From Promethearchaeota archaeon (GTDB lineage Archaea; Asgardarchaeota; Thorarchaeia; Thorarchaeales; Thorarchaeaceae): 64,000 bases of DNA. This document shows positions 1-8,920 of this stretch, piece by piece (the first letter of the stretch is position 1; every line of letters starts with the position of its first letter). Below the pieces are notes generated by a model. That model had not been told where the DNA came from. It did no database searches and was given only the letters and a program-made list of their open reading frames with translations. The stretch spans positions 71,915 to 135,914 of the forward strand of contig JALVPN010000040.1 in assembly GCA_027031765.1 (NCBI GenBank). Reading direction: 5' to 3'. The translations under genes and the position numbers were made by a program.

Positions 1-120
1 AGACAACAAGTATAATAAAGCAACACTTGAGTGACCGAGCGCAGATAATGTGAGGTGTGACCACTGTCAGACACACTAGAGATTAGCAGTGATGAAGCAA
101 TTCTGCGCATTGGACGCGCC

Positions 121-342
121 TTGTCTTCTGGCACACGACTGAGAATCCTCAGACTCCTCCTACAGGGCGAGAAGGATGTGACCCGGGTGGCCAAGCACCT
201 AGGTGGGACCGAAGCCAATGCCAGCGCTCAGATCAAGATACTTCAAGAATCTGGACTGGTTGAGTGCCGATACGAACCAGGACAACACGGGCTCAAGAAG
301 CTCTCACGCACGAAGGTCAGGCGCATCATAATAGAGCTGTGA
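121..342 (+). CDS. Small ArsR/SmtB-like winged-helix transcriptional regulator (TTG start uncertain; no in-frame ATG upstream)
   Basis: RLRILRLL...VTRVAKHLG...ASAQIKILQESGLV matches ArsR HTH-wing pattern; 73 aa. Confidence 0.45.
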   Translation: MSSGTRLRILRLLLQGEKDVTRVAKHLGGTEANASAQIKILQESGLVECRYEPGQHGLKKLSRTKVRRIIIEL

Positions 343-436
343 GGACTAGACGACCGCACACCACTCCAATCTCAAGTAGTGTTGCACACAACACCATGCA
401 ACGGTACAAGTCCCTAGCCCTCATTATGTGGTACAC

Positions 437-1063
437 CTACCCTGTGGCTGAGAGCAGCACTTTCCACCGCTGAATGCGCTTTAGGATGTTCGTCCGCTCT
501 TCCGGTCGGATTGCCTTCAGCCCCCTAGCACGGAGGAACCTGAGCACAAGATCCATGTCCCGCGCCACTCGTTCGTTGGGATACTCCGTAGTGATGAGGT
601 ATTCCTTGGCGGTCTGCAGGTATTCTGCAAGCAGACTTGCGGGTGCTTCACCAGTCCGTATCTCGTGTGCAATTGGGTCAAGGACACGTGCCACGCGTGC
701 ACTCGGAGAGGGGGCAGTCTCATGCGACCCCACTGTCACTGACTGGGGAGCCCCCTGTACTGGTTGCGTGCGCGACGCCGACCCCCGAGAAGAAGACACA
801 TGTGCACCTTGGTCTGCTGGCACTTCTCGGGTCTGGCCAGGGGCAGTGGTAGTGGATGCCACTACTGCATCGGACACTGGAGTGAATGGAGAAACGGGGG
901 TTGTCTGTCCTGAGGGGTGCGGGTTATCACTGCTGTGCTCAGTTGAACAGTCGGCTTGGCCTAGCAGGTAGCGGAGTTCTCTGAGCTGATCGAACAGCTC
1001 GACTAGTGTGGCCTGAATCTCGCCGATGAGTCTGCTGAGTCTGTCATAGTCCTTTGTGGGCAC
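437..1063 (-). CDS. Hypothetical protein: N- and C-terminal helical segments joined by a long S/T/P-rich low-complexity linker
   Basis: Long ORF; terminal helical segments look protein-like; no recognisable catalytic motif. Confidence 0.4.
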   Translation of the reverse strand: MPTKDYDRLSRLIGEIQATLVELFDQLRELRYLLGQADCSTEHSSDNPHPSGQTTPVSPFTPVSDAVVASTTTAPGQTREVPADQGAHVSSSRGSASRTQPVQGAPQSVTVGSHETAPSPSARVARVLDPIAHEIRTGEAPASLLAEYLQTAKEYLITTEYPNERVARDMDLVLRFLRARGLKAIRPEERTNILKRIQRWKVLLSATG

Positions 1064-1203
1064 ACGGGAGCCCCCATTCCTGACTGTGTCATACCTTGCG
1101 GGGCCAATCCAAATATGACTTTTGAGCTCGTCATGGGTGCAGAGGTATGGAACGGCTAGCTCTGCCCTTCGTGTAGATTGGCAGTACGCGGTCTAGCGAC
1201 AAC

Positions 1204-1211
1204 TTTAATAG
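1204..1211 (+). promoter_or_regulatory. TATA-box-like element (TTTAATAG) about 30 nt upstream of tRNA-Asp 5' end
   Basis: AT-rich octamer at the archaeal TATA distance from the mature tRNA 5' end (1237). Confidence 0.4.
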
Positions 1212-1236
1212 AATACCGATTGCGGATATCGGACAG

Positions 1237-1344
1237 GCCCCTGTAGTGTAGCCCGGCCTAGCATTCGAGACTGTCACACTTCGTGGATGGCAGTCCCGGA
1301 GGGCCACTCTCGAGACCCGGGTTCAAATCCCGGCGGGGGCGCCA
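1237..1344 (+). tRNA. tRNA-Asp(GTC) with 30-nt intron at canonical 37/38 position (1277..1306); CCA encoded
   Basis: Hand-folded: acceptor GCCCCTG/CGGGGGC (one G-U), D-stem GTGT/GCAT, anticodon stem CGAGA/TCTCG interrupted by intron, loop CTGTCA-C, T-arm CCGGG TTCAAAT CCCGG. Confidence 0.8.
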
Positions 1345-1439
1345 TCTCATCCAGTTTCCTACAGCAGGAAGTCCTCCTCTCTTCAAGGGCTCAGGGTTAT
1401 GGGGATGACAAGTGCCAGAAACAATTGACTGGCAGTGCA

Positions 1440-2756
1440 TCACATATGTATCAGTGCAGACTCTGGGACTTCCCTGAAGATGCTTCTTGCCGCACGGCCG
1501 ACCTGTAGTCGGTACTGCGGGGTCGTATATACCCGAATCACATCAAAGTACCCACGCATCACATCGCCAATCTTTGAGAACTCGGAGAGGTAGTGCGAAA
1601 CCTTCTGCCCCTCAATCATCTCGAAGATATTGACTTCCATGGGTTTCTCTTGGAGGGGGTTATATGGGACAGATGGTAGTGATGGCACATCGACAATTAC
1701 TGCTTCAACCGGTACATCAGCCCGTGTTGCAATCTCTTCCTGTATGCTCTCGCACACCTTTTTCTTGGTCAAGAGTTTGGAAACGAAACGGTCAGGCGTG
1801 TGGAGGATTTTCTCAAATGCCGACTTGTAGAGGACACGACAGTCGAGCATCTTCATGAGACGCGATGCCTCCCTTGTGTCCTCCGAATCTTGAGGGTCAA
1901 GACGCCGAATCTGTGAAATCATAGACACATCATCAAGGGCGAGAAACTCGTCCGGTGAGGAGAAGCGTGTCAGCCCGAGCGGCTCATCCGCTGCTGACAT
2001 CAGCTGGACCAGCATGACCTCAACACTGCGGACGGTCTTGTGGAAATAGACGTTCATGAACATCTCGTATCTTGCCACAAGGAACGCCTCAAGTGCGCCT
2101 CTCGCAGCCAAGGCAAACTCTAGGACGAGTTCGTCGGACACCTCCAAGCTGTCAATCAGGCGATGGAAGTCAACAAGACCATAACTTACGCCGCAATAGA
2201 AAGAGTCCCTAATGAGGTAGTCCAGTTTGTCTGCATCGACCTGTCCAGCAACCAAGCTCCCGAGTACGAGGTCTACACGATCTTTCAATGTCCCACGCAC
2301 CAGGCGGGCAATGCGTTCTTTTGAATACCCATTGTCGTCGAGTATATCCCCAATCCGACTCTTCTTTATAACCCACTCCGTGACGTCCTCATGGTTCATC
2401 CCACGGTGTTCCAGCAGAACCTCTTCGAACACATGGCTGAACGGTCCGTGCCCTATGTCATGTAGAAGAGCAGCAAGCCGCAGCTCGTCGAGGCGGTCAG
2501 AGTCTAGATCCAACTGTTCCAGTATTCTTCGACCCAACAAACTTGCAATGAACATGGTGCCGAGCGAGTGGCCAAACCGTGTATGCTCTGCAGTAGGATA
2601 TACGAAGTGCCCACCAGAGAGCTGTTTGATTCGGCGCAGTCGTTGAAAGGCGTGAGTGTCAATTATCTTCTGCTCGGTCTTCGACAACCTGATGAACCCA
2701 TGTATCGGGTCATTGACCTCCATCTCGAATGTCAACGTCTTAGCCTCGGCAATCAT
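1440..2756 (-). CDS. HD-domain phosphohydrolase (dNTP triphosphohydrolase-like)
   Basis: FQRLRRIKQL...HTRFGHSLG and LLHDIGHGPFSH HD motifs; 4-nt overlap with upstream co-oriented regulator gene. Confidence 0.7.
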   Translation of the reverse strand: MIAEAKTLTFEMEVNDPIHGFIRLSKTEQKIIDTHAFQRLRRIKQLSGGHFVYPTAEHTRFGHSLGTMFIASLLGRRILEQLDLDSDRLDELRLAALLHDIGHGPFSHVFEEVLLEHRGMNHEDVTEWVIKKSRIGDILDDNGYSKERIARLVRGTLKDRVDLVLGSLVAGQVDADKLDYLIRDSFYCGVSYGLVDFHRLIDSLEVSDELVLEFALAARGALEAFLVARYEMFMNVYFHKTVRSVEVMLVQLMSAADEPLGLTRFSSPDEFLALDDVSMISQIRRLDPQDSEDTREASRLMKMLDCRVLYKSAFEKILHTPDRFVSKLLTKKKVCESIQEEIATRADVPVEAVIVDVPSLPSVPYNPLQEKPMEVNIFEMIEGQKVSHYLSEFSKIGDVMRGYFDVIRVYTTPQYRLQVGRAARSIFREVPESALIHM

Positions 2757-3496
2757 ACGTCGGGTTCAAACAGTCGGAGCCTTTTCACAAGCTCCTCGAC
2801 CGTTGGAACCTGTGATATACACAGCGGGAGGTGCATGCCATCCGCGATGCGAACGGCCAGCGGATCCAGTTCTTTGACCCCCTGTAGAATGACAACAGCA
2901 GGCTTCACCGCCGGCGAGGTGCCAATTTGACTTGCTTTTATTGCCACCATTGGAGAACGCCCCGTTGAAACGTTGGTGAGGACTGCAGCTCTCTGGGTAG
3001 TGCCACCGTAGAGCCTGAGCAGCTGGTGGGGTGTGAGGCTCACAATTGCACTTACGCTGTCCAGTGCAGTATATCCGTATACGTCACGTCCCAGCAGCGC
3101 ACCATGTGTGAGCACTTTGCAGTCTAGGAACTGTACCAGCTGGCGGGCCGGGACTGGCACCCCAAACTCACGGCTGTCAAGGATGGCATCTGATGCAATC
3201 TCAGGCGAGATTAGTTTCTCAAGGGCCAGTGCAATACGCCCACCGTTTGCGGCATCCATTTCAAGCAGACCATCAACAAACCTCTTGATTGTGTCAACAC
3301 GAGGGGACTTCCTGCGTCCGCTCTCATAGTCACTTATGACGGACGGGGACACACCCAGATAGTCTGCAAGTGCTTTCTGTGACACTTGGAAGCGTTCGCG
3401 CCACTGACGCATGACTGAGCCCGGATCGTTCTCAGCGAGACATATCTCGCCAGCAATCGTTTCGGCAAGCCGTTGCAGTGACTCCCGACGGCTCAT
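2753..3496 (-). CDS. XRE-family HTH transcriptional regulator with C-terminal domain (ORF-track start at 3676 trimmed to internal Met)
   Basis: HTH_3 signature SQKALADYLGVSPSVISDYESGRR; the N-terminal 60 aa of the track ORF are low-complexity. Confidence 0.5.
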   Translation of the reverse strand: MSRRESLQRLAETIAGEICLAENDPGSVMRQWRERFQVSQKALADYLGVSPSVISDYESGRRKSPRVDTIKRFVDGLLEMDAANGGRIALALEKLISPEIASDAILDSREFGVPVPARQLVQFLDCKVLTHGALLGRDVYGYTALDSVSAIVSLTPHQLLRLYGGTTQRAAVLTNVSTGRSPMVAIKASQIGTSPAVKPAVVILQGVKELDPLAVRIADGMHLPLCISQVPTVEELVKRLRLFEPDV

Positions 3497-3810
3497 GAGC
3501 ACAACAGTAGTCACAGGGCTGATAAGAGTTGTGTAGCACAGTGGAGAAACGGGCAGACGATGAACACTTGCGTGCCAGCCCACCAGTCCAACAGTCCCGC
3601 GTATGACAACACTTGGCGGTGAGGACTGTTGTTCTCCCCCTCGGCACCTGCGCCGCAGAGGGGGACGTGTGGCCAATCATGACCACATAGATGGGGCAAA
3701 GAACCTCTCGGACAGCCCGGACAGGTCACCGGGCAACATCCATTATCACCACATGGATGAATCGAAGGACTCAAAGATGTCCACCGGTACTCTGGAAGAG
3801 AGGACAGGCC

Positions 3811-4581
3811 ATGTTCTTTGCGTTCTTGGTGGGAACTGCGGGTTCTGGAAAGTCACACCTCACGGCTGCCCTTGAGAAGTGGCTTGTAGCAGCTGACCTG
3901 AGCGTCACGGTTGTGAACCTCGACCCGGGCGTGGAAGACCCCCCATATACCAGTGATGTTGACATCCGGGAGTACGTTGACTATGGAGAGATAATGAAGA
4001 AGCTCGGTCTTGGGCCTAATGGGGCACTGGTCGCGTCACTGGACTTGGCGCTGGGACACATCGAGCAGATTCGTGAGGAGGTTCTTGAAACAGGTCGGGA
4101 CTACGTACTGGTCGACTGCCCGGGCCAGATGGAACTCTTTGCCTATCGGAACTCGGGCCCGCTCATGGTATCTGGGCTGAGGGGGACTGACAACGCACTG
4201 TCGCTGTATCTAGTGGACTCCAATATTGCAAGGACGCCAGCCGGATACCTTTCGTCTCTTCTACTCGGGGTCTCAATCAACATCCGGTTTGGCCTGGCCC
4301 AATTGAACGTACTGAGCAAGCCAGATATCCTCATGGAAAGAGAACGTGAGAGTATCCTCACATGGTCTTCCGACCCATATACGCTACAGGAGGCCCTTGA
4401 GGCGTCATCGGAGGGGCTAGTCCGAGAGTATTCCAGATCCATACTGATAATGCTTGAGGAACTCGGTGGGGCAACAGAGGTAATCCCCGTTTCTGCAAAG
4501 CACATGACGGGAATAGACACACTCTATGCATTCATGCAGCGCGTCTTTGCAGGTGGCGAAGACTACCTAACATACGAATAG
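3811..4581 (+). CDS. GPN-loop GTPase (XAB1/Npa3-like)
   Basis: Walker A GTAGSGKSH, NLDPG, GPN motif LGLGPNG, DCPGQME; start trimmed to MFFAFLVG. Confidence 0.75.
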   Translation: MFFAFLVGTAGSGKSHLTAALEKWLVAADLSVTVVNLDPGVEDPPYTSDVDIREYVDYGEIMKKLGLGPNGALVASLDLALGHIEQIREEVLETGRDYVLVDCPGQMELFAYRNSGPLMVSGLRGTDNALSLYLVDSNIARTPAGYLSSLLLGVSINIRFGLAQLNVLSKPDILMERERESILTWSSDPYTLQEALEASSEGLVREYSRSILIMLEELGGATEVIPVSAKHMTGIDTLYAFMQRVFAGGEDYLTYE

Positions 4582-4688
4582 TAGGAGGGCGTAGACTGCG
4601 GGACTATTTTGCCTATGTTTCAGGCGAACACGTAGACCTTGCCAAGGCAGAAATCGAGTCGCTCCTCAAGCTATGGGACGACTGTACC

Positions 4689-5624
4689 GTGCAATGGTCA
4701 GGTAGACTCGCTGTAATCCGGGCAGCAAGAGACCCTTCAGATTATCTACTTGGAAGGGCAGCGTTGCTGAAAGAGGCGGGCACGATTGTCCACCGGGGAT
4801 ACACGGATCAGGACAACGGCCTTGACATTTCAGATGACATACTATGCTCATGGATCCGTAGTGACAGCAAGTTCCACATCCGCACCCTCCATCTGCCGAC
4901 ATCCACATGTCCGTACGAGCCACAGGTGCTCATCAGGCAACTTGGGAGGATGGTGCAACACGTGTCCGGGGCGGAGGTCTCATTTGACTATGAGAGCACA
5001 AGGTTGCTGCTCGTATTCCACGAGTCTCAAGTCTTGCTGTGCCGCTCGAAGCGGTCAGACCTGCGACATGTTCTCATGGTTAAGACACCCAGGCGCAGGA
5101 AGTTCTTTCACCCGTCGATGATGAACTCAGTTCTTGCACGTGTGATGTGCAACCTTGCCCGCATCCGTCCGGGTGTGCGTGTTCTTGACCCGTTCTGTGG
5201 GGCTGGTGGAATACTCTGTGAGGCCGCATCTATTGGAGCAGTGCCCATTGGCATTGACCTCAACTGGAGGCTACTCAGAGGCGCCCAGGCAAACCTTGCA
5301 GACATAGGCAGCACAGGGCTCCTGATAAAAGGGGATGCACAGCATATCCCATTGACTCTGGGCGCCTGTGATGCGGTTGTCACTGACCCCCCATATGGCA
5401 AGGTGAGCTCAACACGGGGGTCTAAATCCAGAAACCTTGTATGGGCAATGCTCAGTCAGACGCAGGACATCCTCTCTGACCACGGCACCATTTGCATCTG
5501 TGGGAACAAGCCGATGGGGCTTCCCACCCTCGTGGAGAGAGCCGGGCTGCACATTTGTCGAGTTGTTGAAGTACCGGTACACAAGCAGCTCACACGCATA
5601 CTTGTTGTTGCAACATGCGCATAG
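4689..5624 (+). CDS. THUMP-domain tRNA/rRNA guanine-N2 methyltransferase (Trm11 / Trm-G10 family). A THUMP-like N-terminus continues in frame upstream to about 4605 with no ATG/GTG/TTG
   Basis: SAM motif VLDPFCGAGGILCEAA and DPPYG; in-frame upstream peptide YFAYVSGEHVDLAKAEIESLLKLW resembles Trm11 N-terminus; GGAGGG RBS at 4583. Confidence 0.65.
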   Translation: MQWSGRLAVIRAARDPSDYLLGRAALLKEAGTIVHRGYTDQDNGLDISDDILCSWIRSDSKFHIRTLHLPTSTCPYEPQVLIRQLGRMVQHVSGAEVSFDYESTRLLLVFHESQVLLCRSKRSDLRHVLMVKTPRRRKFFHPSMMNSVLARVMCNLARIRPGVRVLDPFCGAGGILCEAASIGAVPIGIDLNWRLLRGAQANLADIGSTGLLIKGDAQHIPLTLGACDAVVTDPPYGKVSSTRGSKSRNLVWAMLSQTQDILSDHGTICICGNKPMGLPTLVERAGLHICRVVEVPVHKQLTRILVVATCA

Positions 5625-5663
5625 TGGGACACCATTGCCAGTGGCGGGTATGTCGCACTGACA

Positions 5664-6077
5664 TTAGAACTGCCCAACAATGCGACCATCTCTTGTCGGG
5701 GGCGTGAACCACCTGATGAACTCTTGGAACTCACCTGTCCCATCGAAGTATAGCGTGACAGTGATTGCCCCCAGTGGGGGGTGGACATCATCGTGTACCA
5801 GCCTGAGTTTCCCCATATAGGCAGCCTGTTTGTCAAGAACCAGAGTAGCCGATACTCCATCCCAGCCAGACTCAAGCACAACTCTTGTTGCATCAATTGT
5901 ACGTGAGTCGTGTATCATTTGCCGGAGCCACGATACTGGAGAGCGACCACTGGACTCTGCACTAATCTCTTCTTGCGTTGTTGCGGGGTCTATATTGGGA
6001 AAAATATTCAGCACTGCTTCGCGCACACGGGCAGGGTCTTCAGTGGGTCTCACGGGGCACCGGATTTCCACCCGCAT
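5664..6077 (-). CDS. UPF0201/DUF54-like small archaeal RNA-binding-type protein (start trimmed to MRVEIR)
   Basis: Pattern VRPTEDPARVREAVLNIFP resembles archaeal UPF0201 N-terminus; about 137 aa. Confidence 0.4.
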   Translation of the reverse strand: MRVEIRCPVRPTEDPARVREAVLNIFPNIDPATTQEEISAESSGRSPVSWLRQMIHDSRTIDATRVVLESGWDGVSATLVLDKQAAYMGKLRLVHDDVHPPLGAITVTLYFDGTGEFQEFIRWFTPPTRDGRIVGQF

Positions 6078-6618
6078 CTGCAATGAACCTCCTCGCAATC
6101 TCTTCTGCCACCTGACGGAGCTCCTCAACGGATCCTTCATTGACAATCATTATGTCACTCATTGCAATTACACCACCCAGCCCTACGGAGATCTCACGTA
6201 GGTCGCGCTCACGGAACTCGTCCCAACTCCGTGGAGCATCCTCTCGTCCCCGGGCCACCAGCCGTGCAAAACGTGTCCTGGGTGAAGAGTGCACACTCAC
6301 AGTTGTGACCGCGTCTGCGTATCTGTCAAACACCTCAACCTCGACGATGCTGCGACAGCCCTCAATCACGACAAGGGGCGCATCCGCCTTCTTGAGCTCC
6401 TTGATACACTGTTCTGCAACTGCTCCAGGCCCATGCTCATCTCTGAGCTCAAGCATTATCTTGCGTGTGTTTGCAGGATTGGGGCTGAGCCCGCGACGGG
6501 TGGCCTCCCGTCGTATCACATCGCCCATGACAACAATGGGCACACCATGATTGCCAAACACGGTTGCGAGTTCTGTCTTTCCGGCGCCAGGCATGCCTGA
6601 AACAATCACAAGCTTCAC
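6040..6618 (-). CDS. P-loop nucleotide kinase, UPF0200/adenylate-kinase-like (GTG start; ORF-track 5' extension to 7014 rejected)
   Basis: VKLVIVSGMPGAGKT Walker A a few residues from the start, as in the archaeal UPF0200 family; LVVIEGCRS. Confidence 0.55.
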   Translation of the reverse strand: MKLVIVSGMPGAGKTELATVFGNHGVPIVVMGDVIRREATRRGLSPNPANTRKIMLELRDEHGPGAVAEQCIKELKKADAPLVVIEGCRSIVEVEVFDRYADAVTTVSVHSSPRTRFARLVARGREDAPRSWDEFRERDLREISVGLGGVIAMSDIMIVNEGSVEELRQVAEEIARRFIADAGGNPVPRETH

Positions 6619-6847
6619 GAAATCGCCCCGGTGAGTGGTTCTCCTGAGCGTTGATAGCTGATGTTCTTTGTGTTTTGCGGTCTGACTGCACCCAACTCCC
6701 TGTGGGAACATTGGTCTTCGAGTTGTGTGGCAGGGCCAGCACCCCGGTCGGATTATTATGTTTCGAATCCCCTCGGAAACGGCAGCGTGGGACGCACCCC
6801 ATTGGAACACATCATTTATTCGGAGGAAGTGAGATGGTGGACGCAAG

Positions 6848-7408
6848 TTGAAGACGGTCAGGGCATTTCTCAGCGTCGACATAAAGGACAGGCCGCTCGT
6901 GGTGCATATAACACACATCCAGCAACAGCTGGACACCACCTCAGCAAGCATGAAACTGGTCGAGCCGGAGAACCTGCACTTTACATGGAGGTTTTTTGGA
7001 GAGACAGCCATCACGAAGATTGACCAGATGCGCCAGACGCTTCAAAATCTTGTATTCTCAGCGTTCACGATAGAAGTGGGGGGAGTGTCTGCATTCCCAA
7101 GCCCCTCACGCCCCCGGGTGGTCTGGGTGGGGGTGAAACACAACAACGACATGATGGTCAGGCTCAAACAACAGACGGACAGTCTGCTCGCCCGACTCGG
7201 CATCCCGCCGGAGAAACGGTTCGTCCCACATGCAACAATCGCAAGAATTCGACGCATTCATGACAGTCGTGCCCTTGGCGAGAACATTGGAGCACTGAGG
7301 GATGTTACCGTAGGCACTATGACTGTCGACGCAATCACCATGAAACAGAGTACACTGACACCATCGGGCCCGATATACAAGACACTGTGGGAAATACGTG
7401 CGAGGTAG
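6848..7408 (+). CDS. ligT: RNA 2',3'-cyclic phosphodiesterase / 2'-5' RNA ligase LigT (2H phosphoesterase)
   Basis: Two H-x-T-x motifs (LHFTWRF and PHATIARI); N-terminus VRAFLSVDI typical of LigT. Confidence 0.7.
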   Translation: MKTVRAFLSVDIKDRPLVVHITHIQQQLDTTSASMKLVEPENLHFTWRFFGETAITKIDQMRQTLQNLVFSAFTIEVGGVSAFPSPSRPRVVWVGVKHNNDMMVRLKQQTDSLLARLGIPPEKRFVPHATIARIRRIHDSRALGENIGALRDVTVGTMTVDAITMKQSTLTPSGPIYKTLWEIRAR

Positions 7409-7409
7409 G

Positions 7410-7546
7410 TGGTGGGCCGGGGGAGACTTGTCCCGTCGGGGGAGCCCCAACGACGTTTGAACTCCCGATCTCTTGCATTCTGTTGCTGGAGGGCCTTTGC
7501 CCCAGCCACCCCAAGCAAGCATCATACCAAGCTAGACTACCGACCC
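7410..7546 (-). tRNA. tRNA-Pro(GGG) with two introns: 31 nt at 37/38 (7478..7508) and 29 nt in the T-loop at 59/60 (7427..7455); CCA encoded
   Basis: Hand-folded on minus strand: acceptor GGGTCGG/CCGGCCC, D-arm GTCT AGCTTGGTA TGAT, anticodon stem CTTGC/GCAAG, loop TTGGGG-T, T-stem GGGAG/CTCCC with TTCAAA-[intron]-T. Confidence 0.65.
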
Positions 7547-7842
7547 ATCTACCTTGCACGGTGGCAGCCCATGCTTTCATGGGGCCTAGTCTAAGGACGG
7601 ACGCACCCAAAATAAAGCTTGCCAAAGAGTAGAAGGAGGAGCCCAAGGGGGAGGGAGGGGCGTTGGTGTTGGAGGAGGAGCAGAACCAAGCGCCACCACT
7701 CTCATTTACGGACAACAGCAGGTCGTGTCTGCTGATGCAACCTGCAACACTGCCTACGGAAACACTGTTGCAATGGCGTGCCACGCATGGAGCATGCACC
7801 TCACGACGCACAGTGGTAGGACTGGGCTCTCGGCTTGTGGCG

Positions 7843-7850
7843 TTTAAATA
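7843..7850 (+). promoter_or_regulatory. Archaeal TATA box TTTAAATA upstream of the Roadblock-GTPase operon
   Basis: Consensus-like TATA about 110 nt upstream of the most likely start (GTG 7961). Confidence 0.45.
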
Positions 7851-7960
7851 GCCCCTTCACGACTCCATTCCGATTGGAATGTCTAAAGGCAGACCTAGGG
7901 CTGGCAGTGCAGTCCGGGCGCACTGTGTGCACGAGTGGCACAGGGCCACACGAACGAGAT

Positions 7961-8920
7961 GTGGGAGATGATGTATTGAACGACCTGAGTGACACGCTAC
8001 AGAACATCAAGATGATTACAGGAGTTGAGAATGTGGTCCTGGTGCAGAAGGACGGGGTGCCTGTCGCAAGTGCCGGGGTATGGTTTAGCAAGGAAGAGGT
8101 CTTTGCCGTTGCATCGTCCGCTTCTGCAATCTTTGGGGTCGCCCGTCTGATCCACAACGACTTCAAATACCTCCTGATGGAATCGGACACGTCAAAGGTG
8201 TTCTTGGCAGCGCTGCCCAATGACCCCGACTACTTCCTGACAATCACGACGGCCCCACGTGTGAACCTTGCTGCACTGTTCATTGAAATGCGCAGAAACC
8301 TCTCCCACCTGTCCTTTCTCCTACGACAACAGGCTGAAGGCCGCGCACCACCTCTCAGATCGTATAGCCTCGACGAGACCCAGAGGGTGCTCCGGGGGTT
8401 TGCCGTTTCAGAAGGTGACGGGACATCGTATGTGCTCTCACGCACAGTTGTTTCACTTGACCGCAGTCATGCTGTTGCTCTCCGGTCACTGCTCCGACAG
8501 ATCAGCGACAGCATCCCACGTGTGAGTTCGGTATTCCTATCACTCACCGGAGGCGTCCGGATTTCGCTGGACGGGTTCACTGATGACCGCCTTGCGGCCA
8601 TGTCATTTGCGCTGCACGATGCATCGGAGAGAGTAATCCGTACCCTCCGCAACAGTTCTCTGGCGACTGTTCTCTGTGAAACCGACTCGGTGAGACACTT
8701 TACATACTCAGTTCCAAACGGCGTCTTCAGCCTCTGGGTGGAGAAGTCGAGTCAGAAGCTTGGCTTGATGCGACTGCTCCTGAAACATTTCATCACGGAG
8801 ATGCGGCGAGTCCTGGCATCGGCATCGGTTGTCAGACCATCCATCCCGGCAGACCTGAGGGAACTGCTGCTGTCAGGGATTTCCGAAGAGTCAATACTGA
8901 TGACGAGGCGAGAACAATGA
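7961..8920 (+). CDS. Tandem Roadblock/LC7 (MglB-like) domain protein (start uncertain: GTG 7961 or ATG 8012; track start 7835 overlaps the TATA box)
   Basis: N-terminal IKMITGVENVVLVQKDGVPVASAG...AVASSASAIFGVARLI and C-terminal VSSVFLSLTGGVRISLDGFTDDRLAAMSFALHDASERV both fit the Roadblock fold pattern. Confidence 0.55.
   Translation: MGDDVLNDLSDTLQNIKMITGVENVVLVQKDGVPVASAGVWFSKEEVFAVASSASAIFGVARLIHNDFKYLLMESDTSKVFLAALPNDPDYFLTITTAPRVNLAALFIEMRRNLSHLSFLLRQQAEGRAPPLRSYSLDETQRVLRGFAVSEGDGTSYVLSRTVVSLDRSHAVALRSLLRQISDSIPRVSSVFLSLTGGVRISLDGFTDDRLAAMSFALHDASERVIRTLRNSSLATVLCETDSVRHFTYSVPNGVFSLWVEKSSQKLGLMRLLLKHFITEMRRVLASASVVRPSIPADLRELLLSGISEESILMTRREQ

Noticed and set aside
6619-7014. ORF-track 5' extension of the P-loop kinase to 324 aa
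   Set aside because: The extension is Cys/Trp-rich and would place the Walker A 140 residues in. It also overlaps ligT antisense. GTG at 6618 gives the family-typical N-terminus.
7635-7685. G-rich run GGGGGAGGGAGGGGCG...GGAGGAGGAG as a G-quadruplex or regulatory element
   Set aside because: Only three contiguous G-tracts are strictly present; no supporting context. More likely the purine-rich spacer of a promoter region.
7106-7811. ORFs 7106..7525(-), 7258..7518(-), 7335..7811(-), 7387..7632(+)
   Set aside because: They overlap ligT antisense or the tRNA-Pro gene and G-rich spacer; no protein-like features.
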